From an uncultured bacterium (GTDB taxonomy: Bacteria > Babelota > Babeliae > Babelales > Babelaceae), in assembly GCA_963824495.1 (NCBI GenBank), contig CAWGPQ010000008.1, forward strand, positions 64,001-128,000: a DNA stretch of 64,000 nucleotides. Reading direction: 5' to 3'. Made by a program: the position numbers and the translations under genes. Numbering within the stretch: the stretch's first letter is position 1; the number at the start of each line of letters is the position of its first letter. This document shows positions 10,600 to 20,605 of the stretch, in pieces. Under the pieces are notes generated by a model. The model saw nothing but the letters and a program-made list of their open reading frames with translations. It was not told the origin of the DNA and ran no database searches.

Positions 10600-12909
10600 A
10601 TGCTAAGACAAACGATTGTTTTACTTTTAGCCATAACGAGTTTGAGTGATATTCGTCATGCAATAGCTGCCGATGATCAATCAACCCCAATCCCCGATAA
10701 TAGAGATAAAGCAGTACTTGCCCTTAGTCAACAGCTTGTGGGAGCAATGCGTGGACAAAATGAATGTATGGCTATTCCCTTGATTGCCAAGGGAGCTGAT
10801 CCTTTAGTAAAAACTGTATTTGGTGATGCTTATAGCATAGCTTTAGAGAAACATAACACTAACTTAATAGACTTAATTGATGCAGCAATTCGACTCAAGA
10901 AAGCGCAAGGTAAAGAATTGTCTGAACTACTTGAGAAATGGGGTAATAGTGGTTACTGGTTAGCTCGATTAGCCAGAACATATGCTACAGAGCACGGGAT
11001 AGCCTTACCTCTACCTAGTAAAGATACTCTTGATAAACAATTATTCCGGGCAGTTGAGGATGGAAATGAATCTTCAGCAGCTTCTTTACTTGCTCAAGGA
11101 GCCAACCCTAACGCACGCGATAACGAGGGACAGACGCCCCTTCATATAGCCACGTTGTGTAATAAGGATGATAGTACACTCGTGAAGCTTCTTTTGGATA
11201 AAGGGGCAGTGGTCGATGCTCAGGACGCTAAAGGCAGGACTCCTTTATATTATGCTATTCATTATTGGAATAAAAAAATAGCTCAGCTTTTATTGGAAGC
11301 AGGGGCTCGCGTCGATGTGACAGATAAAGCAGGAGTAACACCACTAGAGCTAGTACTCAAGCAAAGTCATGAATTAGGTCCCTTAAAACAAAGTTATGGA
11401 TTGGCTTCCTTAGTTACACCGTATGCTCAAAAGCAAGCAGTAGCTTTACCTATCCCTATTATTGATCAAATAGCATCAAAAGAAAAGAAGACCCAGACCG
11501 TTGCATACTTAAGTGTCCCTTCGCTTAAACAGCTTGTGCAAACCAAACTTGGAGTAAAAGTAATAGGATATAAAAATATTCTTCTAAAAGTAATTGATCA
11601 AGAGCAAAAGTTAAGTGATTACGATGTAGCCTACCATGCCCAAAAGATTGATTTTCAATTTGTTTATGATGTTCTAAAAGAACTATTTAGCTGGTTGGAT
11701 AATCAAGCAAATATACGAGAATTTGAATACTTAAGAATACCCGGGGCTGCTTTTGCATTTAAACAAGCCATAGCAGATATTATTAAAAAGGATTTTGGGG
11801 ATATAGCTGAACTTTCGCAAGAAGACAGGAGAGCTCTAGACTTTAATCCGGCTATAAGCAAAATATTACTTGCTGCCAATTTGTCACTTTTTGGCAATAC
11901 TGGTAAAAATTTCAAGGAATCTACCTTTTACTTCTATTTTCTTGATAATCGTAGCGTCAGAGACATCAATGTTATAGAGTTATTACAGGATATTTTTGAA
12001 CGAATTGGCATGAGCTATAATGACTTAAAACAGCTCGATGATTTCTACAAGACAGAGTTTACGAAACTATTGGCTCAGAAAATTGATAGAAGTGGCAATC
12101 TTATACAAATCTTTATTCCCAAGAATAAAGTAAATGATTATCTGTACCTATCTGGAGTTCATGGTGTACCTCTTCAGACTATTACTATTAACGGCCAATC
12201 AACTAATGTACATGAACTTGGCGCAGAAAAATTTATAGAAATTTATAGAAATAACCCAGCAGCTCTCGATCCTGAAGAGATGGATCAAATTCAGGCACGG
12301 TTATTCTTGACTAATACTTTTCTTCTTAATCCAGCTAGTGGTATAAAGATCTATACGTATAATACACTCGACCCCAACCTAATAGCTGAGTATAAAAGAA
12401 AGCTTCACAACCTTGTGGGCCAGCTCATGATTGATTGGGCTACCACTAAGGGTATCATGAGCAAACAACTTGCCATCACCAATCAGCAAGAATTCCAGCA
12501 AAAAGCCAATCTGCTAGTTAATAGTGCACAAAAGCTACTTCAGCAATGGGTAACACCAGAAGATAAGCAAAAGGCACAGGAGGTATTTGATCGCCTTTCA
12601 GCACTTATCGAAGTATATGGTCAAAAATATGGTACCGCTGAACTTATCACAAGAGCAACTGATAGCCTGCATGACGTAGCAAGTAAGTTTGCTCTGCATA
12701 TGCCAACTTTTACGCCACAGGCTCGGATCAGCACGAGACTTTACGCACTAGCGCTTAAGAATGCATCACCAACTGATGTTCAAAAGCATAATCACCTTAA
12801 AGCTCTCTATAACCAGCTCCCCACAGCCACGGCTATACAAAGAAAGGCAAAAGAGATAGCGCGGGAGAAATTTAAAAGTAAATTTAATGATGACCCTGAA
12901 GAAGCATAA
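10600..12909 (+). CDS. Secreted ankyrin-repeat protein with large uncharacterised C-terminal domain
   Basis: Signal peptide MLRQTIVLLLAI..; ANK repeats (GQTPLHIA, GRTPLYYA, GVTPLEL); C-domain motifs YHAQ, NLSLFGN, GNLIQIFIPK, IQARLFL. Confidence 0.85.
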   Translation: MLRQTIVLLLAITSLSDIRHAIAADDQSTPIPDNRDKAVLALSQQLVGAMRGQNECMAIPLIAKGADPLVKTVFGDAYSIALEKHNTNLIDLIDAAIRLKKAQGKELSELLEKWGNSGYWLARLARTYATEHGIALPLPSKDTLDKQLFRAVEDGNESSAASLLAQGANPNARDNEGQTPLHIATLCNKDDSTLVKLLLDKGAVVDAQDAKGRTPLYYAIHYWNKKIAQLLLEAGARVDVTDKAGVTPLELVLKQSHELGPLKQSYGLASLVTPYAQKQAVALPIPIIDQIASKEKKTQTVAYLSVPSLKQLVQTKLGVKVIGYKNILLKVIDQEQKLSDYDVAYHAQKIDFQFVYDVLKELFSWLDNQANIREFEYLRIPGAAFAFKQAIADIIKKDFGDIAELSQEDRRALDFNPAISKILLAANLSLFGNTGKNFKESTFYFYFLDNRSVRDINVIELLQDIFERIGMSYNDLKQLDDFYKTEFTKLLAQKIDRSGNLIQIFIPKNKVNDYLYLSGVHGVPLQTITINGQSTNVHELGAEKFIEIYRNNPAALDPEEMDQIQARLFLTNTFLLNPASGIKIYTYNTLDPNLIAEYKRKLHNLVGQLMIDWATTKGIMSKQLAITNQQEFQQKANLLVNSAQKLLQQWVTPEDKQKAQEVFDRLSALIEVYGQKYGTAELITRATDSLHDVASKFALHMPTFTPQARISTRLYALALKNASPTDVQKHNHLKALYNQLPTATAIQRKAKEIAREKFKSKFNDDPEEA

Positions 12910-12990
12910 CCATATATATATATATATACCATGAGACAAGCTCAGAGCATGTCAAATCGTCGTGAAGCTATACTGTTAAACCATCCTAAG
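12798..12990. repeat. Direct repeat copy 2 (copy 1 at 10261-10445)
   Basis: Spans the 3' end of the 769-aa gene, the AT tract and the rodA 3' end. Confidence 0.92.
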
Positions 12991-14051
12991 CTGGCAAACG
13001 TTATCCAAAGATTACTTACGCCATAGCTTAACAAAGGCAACGGTATACCAACAACGGGCAAGAGTCCTGTTACCATGCCTATATTAACAATCATAGAAAC
13101 TACACAATGTATAACAAGACCTGTTGCAAGCAATTGTGCGTAAAAGTTTTTAATAGTTGTTGTTACGTAAAAAAGCCGCAAAAATAACAGACTATACAAA
13201 AAGATAACCGTGAGCGCTCCTAAAAAGCCCCATTCTTCTGCCATAACTGAAAAAATAAAGTCCGTTCTACTTTCAGGCAAAAATTGAAACTTGTTCTGCG
13301 TACCCTTGAGAAATCCTTTACCAGTAAATCCACCTGAACCTATGGCAATTTGAGATTGCTCAATTTGGTAGCGTTCTTTGCGGGAATCTCCCTCGCCAAG
13401 AAATACAGCGATTCGTTTCTTTTGATATGGCTTAAGACATGCCCACGTTAATGGTGCTGTAACTAAAAAAAGAACAAAAGACCACATAAAAAATTTCTTA
13501 CCAATACCCGCTAACCACATCATAACAGCACTGGCAAAGAGAAGAATAAGAGCCGTGCCTAAATCAGGCTGCTTACGAATTAATAGCACACTACAACCAA
13601 CAACAGCTAAAATAGGCACAAATGTCTTAAAAGAATAATCAATATCCTTTTCTGTATATAAATAATACGAAAAAAACGCAGGAAAAAAGAGCTTTGTCAA
13701 TTCTGATGGTTGAAATCTTATACCACTATAACTAATCCACCGTTGACCCCCCATGCCAATACTTCCCTTAACAAGTGTAAAGAGCAAAAGCACGATAATC
13801 CCAAAATAAAAAAAATATCCCCACCGCTGTAGCGTGCGGTAATCAATAATACAGCAGGTGATATAGATACAGAGCCCGGATATAACACCAAAAAGCTGCT
13901 TTTTAAAAAACAACGAGAACATGTGCTCGGGTCTATACGTAGCGCTAAATACCAATAGAACACCAAGGCTCGAAAGCACAATTACCAGTAAAAAGCTGAG
14001 CCAGTCAAAATAACGAAGATACCGTCGATCAATAAGAAACATATAACCCAC
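12942..14051 (-). CDS. rodA: Rod shape-determining protein RodA (SEDS family)
   Basis: GGQRWI, FQPSELTK, KQPDLGTA, FLPESRTDFIF, GIPLPLLSYG. Confidence 0.93.
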   Translation of the reverse strand: MGYMFLIDRRYLRYFDWLSFLLVIVLSSLGVLLVFSATYRPEHMFSLFFKKQLFGVISGLCIYITCCIIDYRTLQRWGYFFYFGIIVLLLFTLVKGSIGMGGQRWISYSGIRFQPSELTKLFFPAFFSYYLYTEKDIDYSFKTFVPILAVVGCSVLLIRKQPDLGTALILLFASAVMMWLAGIGKKFFMWSFVLFLVTAPLTWACLKPYQKKRIAVFLGEGDSRKERYQIEQSQIAIGSGGFTGKGFLKGTQNKFQFLPESRTDFIFSVMAEEWGFLGALTVIFLYSLLFLRLFYVTTTIKNFYAQLLATGLVIHCVVSMIVNIGMVTGLLPVVGIPLPLLSYGVSNLWITFASLGWFNSIASRRFDML

Positions 14052-14069
14052 ACAACACGAGCATTATTA

Positions 14070-15020
14070 TTAAGCAGGCAGCGGTAATGACATGCATTGC
14101 TGATCTTCAGGAATAAGCCCTTGCTCGTCTAAAAGCATACAAAGTTTATCACATACTATACTTTTACGCTTGCTTATCGTGCTATACAGTGCTGCATAGC
14201 ACGCTTGATAGAACTTAAGGCGAGGTTGCTCAAGAGTGCTCCAAACCTGATTGCTTATTAATTGTCCAGAAAGCAGTGCTTGCCATGCTTTATCGCTTAC
14301 ACAACAAAAGCGTTTGTCACTTGCTATAAATGACTTCATGAGATAGAGCGGAATCGACTCCAGCACACTTGTGATAAAATTACGCTTGCAGTTTTCTTGC
14401 TGTGTATCATGGTTATTCTTGAGCATGGTATAAGCTTGAAGTATAGATTGAGTTGCCTGTGAAAGGGTTCCAACAACATGATACTTAACGATAGCACGCG
14501 CCATATGGCGCAGCTCGTGAACTTGCTTTTTTACCAGCATTGAGCGTATAAGCGGACCATCAACGATCTGCTCCACACATCGTGCATATGTTTGGCTAGC
14601 CCGACGCTGATAAGCATATGCTTCTTTAAATTTTATAGCTACTTTATCAAACAGATCAAGATCAAGCTGATGTGATAGTGCTCGCGAGGGATCGAGACGG
14701 GTGGAGTTACTGGTATGCATACCCTGAGCAAGCATGGTTGCTAATTCAAGCTCCGCTTCTTGTGCCAGTAGCGTACTTGCTGAGCGCTCTCTTGACCAAT
14801 ACAGAAGATTAGCAATTGCTACAAGCTCATAATCAGAAGCTGTCAGAAGCGATTCAGCCCATCTATGAGCAACTGCATCATACTTATCATGATACCTATT
14901 TTGAACTCTATCTTTAACTATATCGGCAATTTCTGGCAAAAAACCCTCGATCAAACATGTAAAGCTTGCAAGTACTGTAAAAATACCAGCTATCCCACAT
15001 ACTATACCCGTGCTTCTCAT
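14070..15020 (-). CDS. Hypothetical protein with hydrophobic N-terminus
   Basis: 316-aa ORF co-oriented with and 18 nt upstream of rodA. Confidence 0.7.
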   Translation of the reverse strand: MRSTGIVCGIAGIFTVLASFTCLIEGFLPEIADIVKDRVQNRYHDKYDAVAHRWAESLLTASDYELVAIANLLYWSRERSASTLLAQEAELELATMLAQGMHTSNSTRLDPSRALSHQLDLDLFDKVAIKFKEAYAYQRRASQTYARCVEQIVDGPLIRSMLVKKQVHELRHMARAIVKYHVVGTLSQATQSILQAYTMLKNNHDTQQENCKRNFITSVLESIPLYLMKSFIASDKRFCCVSDKAWQALLSGQLISNQVWSTLEQPRLKFYQACYAALYSTISKRKSIVCDKLCMLLDEQGLIPEDQQCMSLPLPA

Positions 15021-15259
15021 TATCTTCTCCCGTCACGCTTGATGGTACACCAACAATTAAGCAGTGTACAAAATAATATACGCAACCCACAATGCATAGT
15101 TCAATTTTATGATAATAGCCATTAAGCACATTTTTAATAAACACAAGCTTTAGCTAAAACAAAGCTTAGCATCTTTGACGAACTATAGAGCACACATTAA
15201 ACTCATCATTACAAAATTGTTATTTTAAGTGAAAACTATACTTTAAACAAAGGCACCTC

Positions 15260-15928
15260 ATGAATACGTATATTCTGGTATTAGCAATTTTTAGTAGCTT
15301 TCTGTTTAATTCGCATCAACTTGTGAGCATGCATGCTTCTAACCCAGAGCAACTTGAGCTCAATGAGCAATTACTGAAGGCAGCAAAAGCAGGGAATAAA
15401 GATACCGTAATCTCTTTACTAGAGCAGGGTGCTGATGTTAATCATGCTACTAACGATTATGGCCATATCGATATCGTAAGGTTACTTATAGAGCACGGTG
15501 CTCATGTTAATCATGATTTTCACCAAACTGCTCTTAAAATTGCAGCTCGAAAGGGATACATAGATATAGTTAAAATGCTTATAGAGCATGGCAAGGATGA
15601 AGCGAAGTATGATGCTCACCTAAACATTCGTAACCATCAAGCGTTAACCCCCCGGTCTCTTGCGCAAAAATATCGCAACCGCCAGGATATTATACGCATT
15701 CTTAAGCCTATGGCAGGCCAAGCACTGCTTGCTTTACTTTCAACTGAAGGTCAAGAACAACGCTTCGGTGTATTCTATACCAATAACGATACCAGTGGAA
15801 CAGCACAGACTTTAGGTGTTTTACCTGACGGTATACTTCCCGCTGAAATTGCTGCCAATATTGCCCATTTCGTTGTTACTCAAAGACAACCTGAACAAGC
15901 ACGATCAAACCCTAATTCCAACTCTTAG
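15260..15928 (+). CDS. Secreted ankyrin-repeat protein with truncated repeats and F-box-like C-terminal motif
   Basis: Signal peptide then MHAS; ANK fragments; LPAEIAANIAHF. Confidence 0.75.
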   Translation: MNTYILVLAIFSSFLFNSHQLVSMHASNPEQLELNEQLLKAAKAGNKDTVISLLEQGADVNHATNDYGHIDIVRLLIEHGAHVNHDFHQTALKIAARKGYIDIVKMLIEHGKDEAKYDAHLNIRNHQALTPRSLAQKYRNRQDIIRILKPMAGQALLALLSTEGQEQRFGVFYTNNDTSGTAQTLGVLPDGILPAEIAANIAHFVVTQRQPEQARSNPNSNS

Positions 15929-15943
15929 CGTAGTTTATTGATA

Positions 15944-16276
15944 TTAATAGAGCTTGCCACCAGGGGGTATATCTTTATCCGGTGAAACAAGAATTACGTT
16001 GCCTTGAGCATCAGGGAAGCCAAGAACCAGCACTTCAGAAATAGCTGGGCCAATCTGGCGTGGCGGAAAATTAACGACAGCAGCAACAAGCTTGTTAAGT
16101 AATTCGTCTTTTCTGTAATTTGTAGGTAGCTGTGCACATGACCTTTTGATATCCCCCGTAGAACCAAAATCAACTTTGAGCTTATAGGCGGGCTTACGTG
16201 CTTCGGGAAAGTTTTCAATATCAATAATTCTACCTACACGGATATCAACTTTTTGAAAATCATCAAATGCTATCCT
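15944..16276 (-). CDS. csaA: CsaA-type tRNA-binding OB-fold protein lacking a canonical start codon (possible pseudogene); absent from ORF track
   Basis: Manual translation: IAFDDFQKVDIRVGRIIDIENFPEARKPAYKLKVDFG..VAAVVNFPPRQIGPAISEVLVLG..GGKLY*; expected ATG position reads AGG. Confidence 0.85.
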   Translation of the reverse strand, partial: RIAFDDFQKVDIRVGRIIDIENFPEARKPAYKLKVDFGSTGDIKRSCAQLPTNYRKDELLNKLVAAVVNFPPRQIGPAISEVLVLGFPDAQGNVILVSPDKDIPPGGKLY

Positions 16277-16324
16277 GTATTTGTCTCAGAATGTTGATTA
16301 CTAAACAAGAGAGTGGAGATAATA

Positions 16325-16400
16325 TGGTCGGGGTGGCCAGACTCGAACCGACAACCCCTCGCTCCCAAAGCGAGTGCGCTACCAATTGCGCCACACCCCG
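16325..16400 (-). tRNA. tRNA-Pro(TGG)
   Basis: CGGGGTG acceptor, CTCGC-TT TGG GA-GCGAG anticodon arm, TTCGAGT T-loop, encoded CCA. Confidence 0.97.
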
Positions 16401-16454
16401 ACAATATATGTTAATTGTACGATCTTTTTCTTCTTGTTGCAAGCTTTTTTTAAG

Positions 16455-16531
16455 TGGGGTGAATGGTGGGATTCGAACCCACGGCCCCCAGAGCCACAAT
16501 CTGATGCTCTACCAACTGAGCTACATCCACC
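16455..16531 (-). tRNA. tRNA-His(GTG)
   Basis: G-1, TCAGA-TT GTG GC-TCTGG anticodon arm, TTCGAAT T-loop, C discriminator plus CCA. Confidence 0.97.
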
Positions 16532-16764
16532 ATAGAAGCTTTATATTAGTATAAAAGATTACAAGCAAAAAATCAAAAATTTTAAGCTTTACCGACCTAT
16601 TTTGTGGTATACTTTATTATAAGTATTCCTGAAAGAGTCTTTATGCAAGGCTCGATGATCTTAAAGGTACGACAGCTCTGGGCGGGTATAAATTTTACAA
16701 AAAGATAATTTTTTGCTAATATTATTCAAATAGATATTAATCAAGAAAGTATGGTATAACTAGC

Positions 16765-19302
16765 ATGACGAACCGCAAGAGAACGATCAAAGTTATCGGT
16801 GCGCGTGAGCACAACTTAAAAAATATTACCGTTGAGATTCCTAAAGATACCCTGACCGTAATAACCGGCCCATCGGGGTCAGGCAAGAGTACACTCGCGC
16901 TTGATGTTCTCTATGCTGAAGGTCAACGACGCTATATGGAATCATTGTCATCATATGCTCGTCAGTTCTTAGGTATGCCCAAGAGACCTGATGTTGATAG
17001 AATCGAGGGGCTATGTCCTGCCATTGCTATCGATCAAAAGACCGTTGGAGCAAATCCACGCTCTACCGTTGGCACTATTACTGAAATTTACGATTATTTG
17101 AGGGTTCTTTTTGCCCGCATTGGCATTCCCCATTGCCCTCGTTGCACACGACCTATACAGGCAGAAGCTGCCGATACCATAGCTCATAAGCTTCTTGAGG
17201 ATTTTGCTGATCAGTTTATGAGCATAACGGCACCTTTAGCTCATGAGAAAAAAGGTGAGTTTAGTGGTGAACTTGAAAAGATTTTTATGACCGGCTACCA
17301 TCGCTTTATCATAGATGGCCAACGCTGTACGTTTAACTCACTTCAAGAACTTCGCGATCTTCACCTTAAAAAAACATTTCGCCATTCAATAGATATACTT
17401 ATTGATTCACTTAAAGCTACTTCTGAAGAATTACCTCGTTTACAAGAAGCACTTGAAAAAGCCTATTCTCTGGCATCTGGTTCATGCAAAGTTCTGGTTG
17501 GAGCAGCTGAATATACATACTCTGCTCAACGTATGTGCCTGAGCTGTAATTGCTCATTTCCTGAGCTTGAGCCGCGCTTTTTCTCGTTTAATTCACCGTT
17601 AGGCGCCTGCAAAGATTGCCATGGATTAGGTATAAGTATGTCGTTTACCTGGCCCAAACAAGACTATTTCGAAAGTATTGATCTTGAAGAACGGCCGTGC
17701 CAACGATGCAAGGGTAAACGTTTGCATGATTTAGCACTTGCTGTAACCATCGGTTCAAAAAATATTTATGAACTAGGACAGCTGTCGCTTAAAGATGCTC
17801 TCGATTTCTTTACCCAGATCAAGCTATCCGAATCAGAGCAGGTTATTGCTGAGCGGTTACTGTATGAAATTAAAAATCGTTTAACATTTCTCAGTGATGT
17901 TGGTCTTGATTACCTATCTCTTAATAGAACAGCACGAACTCTATCGGGTGGCGAAGGTCAGCGTATTCGTTTAGCTACACAGATAGGGTCAGCCTTGAGT
18001 GGTGTACTCTATGTTCTTGATGAACCGAGCATTGGCTTACATCAACGTGATAACGATCGTCTTATTGCTACCCTTAAGCGCTTACGTGATCAAGGCAATA
18101 CCGTCGTTGTTGTTGAGCATGACCATGACACTATGCTTCATGCTGATCATCTTATTGATATGGGTCCTGCTGCAGGTATAGAAGGAGGCGCTATTGTTGC
18201 CTCCGGTACACCTACTGAAATTACAGCCAATCCAAACTCGCTTACAGGAGCATATTTAGCTGGCAGGCAGGTCATAAAGCGTCCTACTGCACTACGACAA
18301 CCACGAGGGTTCCTGACGCTCAAGGGCGCAGTAACGCACAACCTAAAAGATCTTATCGTACAGTTTCCTCTTGGGGTCTTGTGTGGTATATCAGGTGTTT
18401 CCGGCTCAGGTAAGAGCACGTTAATTATGCACGAATTGGTACCGCTTATAAAAACTGCTCTCAATGTACGCTATAAGATTGCCCTTGAAAATACTCGCAT
18501 TGAGGGAATTGATCAGATAGAAGATCTTGTTGTCATTGATCAAAGTCCTATTGGTAGAACGCCACGCTCAAACCCAGCTACCTATTTGGGCATTTTCGAT
18601 GATATTCGCAGTTTATTTGCACGCACACCTGAAGCAATCGCACGAGGATACACATCAAGCCGCTTTAGTTTTAACACCGGCCAGGGACGCTGCTCAAAGT
18701 GTAATGGTGAAGGCACTATTACGGTTTCTATGCACTTTTTGCCTAATGTGACGATGCTCTGTACTCAGTGCAAGGGAACGCGCTATAATGCCCAAACGCT
18801 TGAGATTACGTATAAAAATAAAACCATCTCTGATGTGTTGGCTATGACAGCCTATGAAGCTGCTGAATTTTTTTCTGCGCATAGTGCTCTTGCCAAACGT
18901 CTCAAGCTTTTATGTGACGTTGGTCTTGATTATATAAAGCTTGGTCAGCCATCAACAACGCTATCTGGTGGCGAAGCCCAACGCATTAAATTAGTATTTG
19001 AGCTTGCCAAGCGTGGTCACAATACGCTCTATATCTTAGATGAGCCGACAACCGGCTTACATACCAGCGATATCGCTAAGCTCTTACACGTATTTGATCG
19101 CTTAATTGATAAAGGCAATACTGTTCTTGTCATTGAACATAATCTTGATGTTCTCAAGACCGTTGATTATCTTATAGATCTTGGACCTGAAGGTGGCCAG
19201 AACGGAGGATCTCTTGTAACATATGGCACACCCGATGACGTTGCTGCTTGTTCAACAAGCTACACGGGTCACTATCTTAAAAAGCTCCTCCGCCGTGCTT
19301 GA
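16765..19302 (+). CDS. uvrA: Excinuclease ABC subunit A (compact form)
   Basis: GAREHNLKNI, two Walker A motifs, LSGGEGQRIRLA and LSGGEAQRIKL, Zn-binding Cys pairs. Confidence 0.96.
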   Translation: MTNRKRTIKVIGAREHNLKNITVEIPKDTLTVITGPSGSGKSTLALDVLYAEGQRRYMESLSSYARQFLGMPKRPDVDRIEGLCPAIAIDQKTVGANPRSTVGTITEIYDYLRVLFARIGIPHCPRCTRPIQAEAADTIAHKLLEDFADQFMSITAPLAHEKKGEFSGELEKIFMTGYHRFIIDGQRCTFNSLQELRDLHLKKTFRHSIDILIDSLKATSEELPRLQEALEKAYSLASGSCKVLVGAAEYTYSAQRMCLSCNCSFPELEPRFFSFNSPLGACKDCHGLGISMSFTWPKQDYFESIDLEERPCQRCKGKRLHDLALAVTIGSKNIYELGQLSLKDALDFFTQIKLSESEQVIAERLLYEIKNRLTFLSDVGLDYLSLNRTARTLSGGEGQRIRLATQIGSALSGVLYVLDEPSIGLHQRDNDRLIATLKRLRDQGNTVVVVEHDHDTMLHADHLIDMGPAAGIEGGAIVASGTPTEITANPNSLTGAYLAGRQVIKRPTALRQPRGFLTLKGAVTHNLKDLIVQFPLGVLCGISGVSGSGKSTLIMHELVPLIKTALNVRYKIALENTRIEGIDQIEDLVVIDQSPIGRTPRSNPATYLGIFDDIRSLFARTPEAIARGYTSSRFSFNTGQGRCSKCNGEGTITVSMHFLPNVTMLCTQCKGTRYNAQTLEITYKNKTISDVLAMTAYEAAEFFSAHSALAKRLKLLCDVGLDYIKLGQPSTTLSGGEAQRIKLVFELAKRGHNTLYILDEPTTGLHTSDIAKLLHVFDRLIDKGNTVLVIEHNLDVLKTVDYLIDLGPEGGQNGGSLVTYGTPDDVAACSTSYTGHYLKKLLRRA

Positions 19303-19418
19303 AGAAATGACCCGTTAACAATTAGCATTTGCCATAGCATAACTCTTGACTTGGTAAATCATGTGTGTTATGCGTAAAAATATAAATTTGTAATAATATA
19401 ATAAACGATAAGGTAGAA

Positions 19419-20562
19419 TTGGACGTGGTTAAAAAATTTACAAAGTTAAATTTTTTGACAGCGCTTGCTGTAGGCCTCTTGTTGTGCAATAGCACGTTAT
19501 TAAAAGCTATGGAGGCACAAGAACCAGCAAATCCTGCCAACGAATTAATGCCGGTGCTGATATTAATCATGCTAATAGGTTCGGCGATACTGCTCTTATG
19601 AGGGCAGCTGATAAAGGAAACACCGATATGGTTAAATTACTTTTAAAGCATGATGCCGACGTTAACCTTGCTAGCTACGGGTATAAAACTACTGCTATAC
19701 GGTGCTTACGTATGCAGCGGATATGGGGAATGTAGACCTAGTGAGATTGCTTGTTGACCATAATGCTAACGTTAATTATATTCAGGAGGAATTTGGCAAT
19801 ACGCCCCTTATTCTTGCTGCTTTTTGGAATCATTTGCATATAGTTAGGGTGCTTATAGAGGCAGGCGCTCATGTTAATCATGTTGATAATCGAGGCGAAA
19901 CTTCACTCCTAATAGCAGCTAAAAAGGGGCACACAAATATAACTAAACTGCTCATAGAGCACGGTGCAAAATTACCTACTAACCCAGGACTTATTCAAAT
20001 AATCAGAAATCAACTCGAAGAAACCATTGGCAATGACTTTATCGTAGAGGTTATCCTTGGCAACACTGAGCAAATTACGCAGCTTTTAGAACAAGCTTCA
20101 CCGGAGCTTACGTATGCACCAGATAGCACAGGCAAAACCGCATTACATTGGGCTGCCGCTCAGGGTAACGATAATATAGTAAGACTATTACTTGATCATG
20201 GCTTTACCATTAATACCCAAGATGAAGAGGGTAATACACCATTACATTTGGCAGCTCGTAATGGTAACTTAAGTACCGTTAAACTCTTACTTGCACGTGA
20301 TGCTAACGCTACTCTTGTTAACCGAGACGGCCAGACCGCTCTAGCTCTTGCTCGCCAATACCATCACCCCGATGTTGTTGCTTTCTTAGAAGGAGAAGCT
20401 GGTCGTGCTGTGTTTGGCAGAGTGTCACGATTAGGTCGTGCAGGAGGCTTTGCATGGCAGCCTGAACCTGTAGGTGAGCTTCCAGCCAAAATTGCTCATA
20501 TAATTGCCCAGTTTACGCAGGCCCCCGGCCACCCTATACTTCCATCGGGGTCAGTTTCTTAA
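19419..20562 (+). pseudogene. Frameshifted secreted ankyrin protein (family of 28144 and 36244)
   Basis: Signal peptide..KAMEAQE in one frame, ANK repeat GADINHANRFGDTALM in a second frame from ~19547, remainder in a third frame from ~19685; C-tail GRAVFGRVSRLGR..LPAKIAHIIAQF. Confidence 0.85.
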
Positions 20563-20605
20563 GCTTATCACCATGTTTCTATCTTTCTTATATCGATTCA
20601 CGTTA

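Noticed and set aside
11512..11550. BC-box-like VPSLKQLV after the ankyrin repeats
   Set aside because: Lacks the conserved Cys/Ala position, the paralog reads PSLKERV, and no cullin box follows.
15994..16224. 76-aa ORF in the track
   Set aside because: Alternative frame of the csaA coding sequence.
16263..16554. ORFs 16263-16499 and 16267-16554
   Set aside because: They overlap the two tRNA genes and are spurious.
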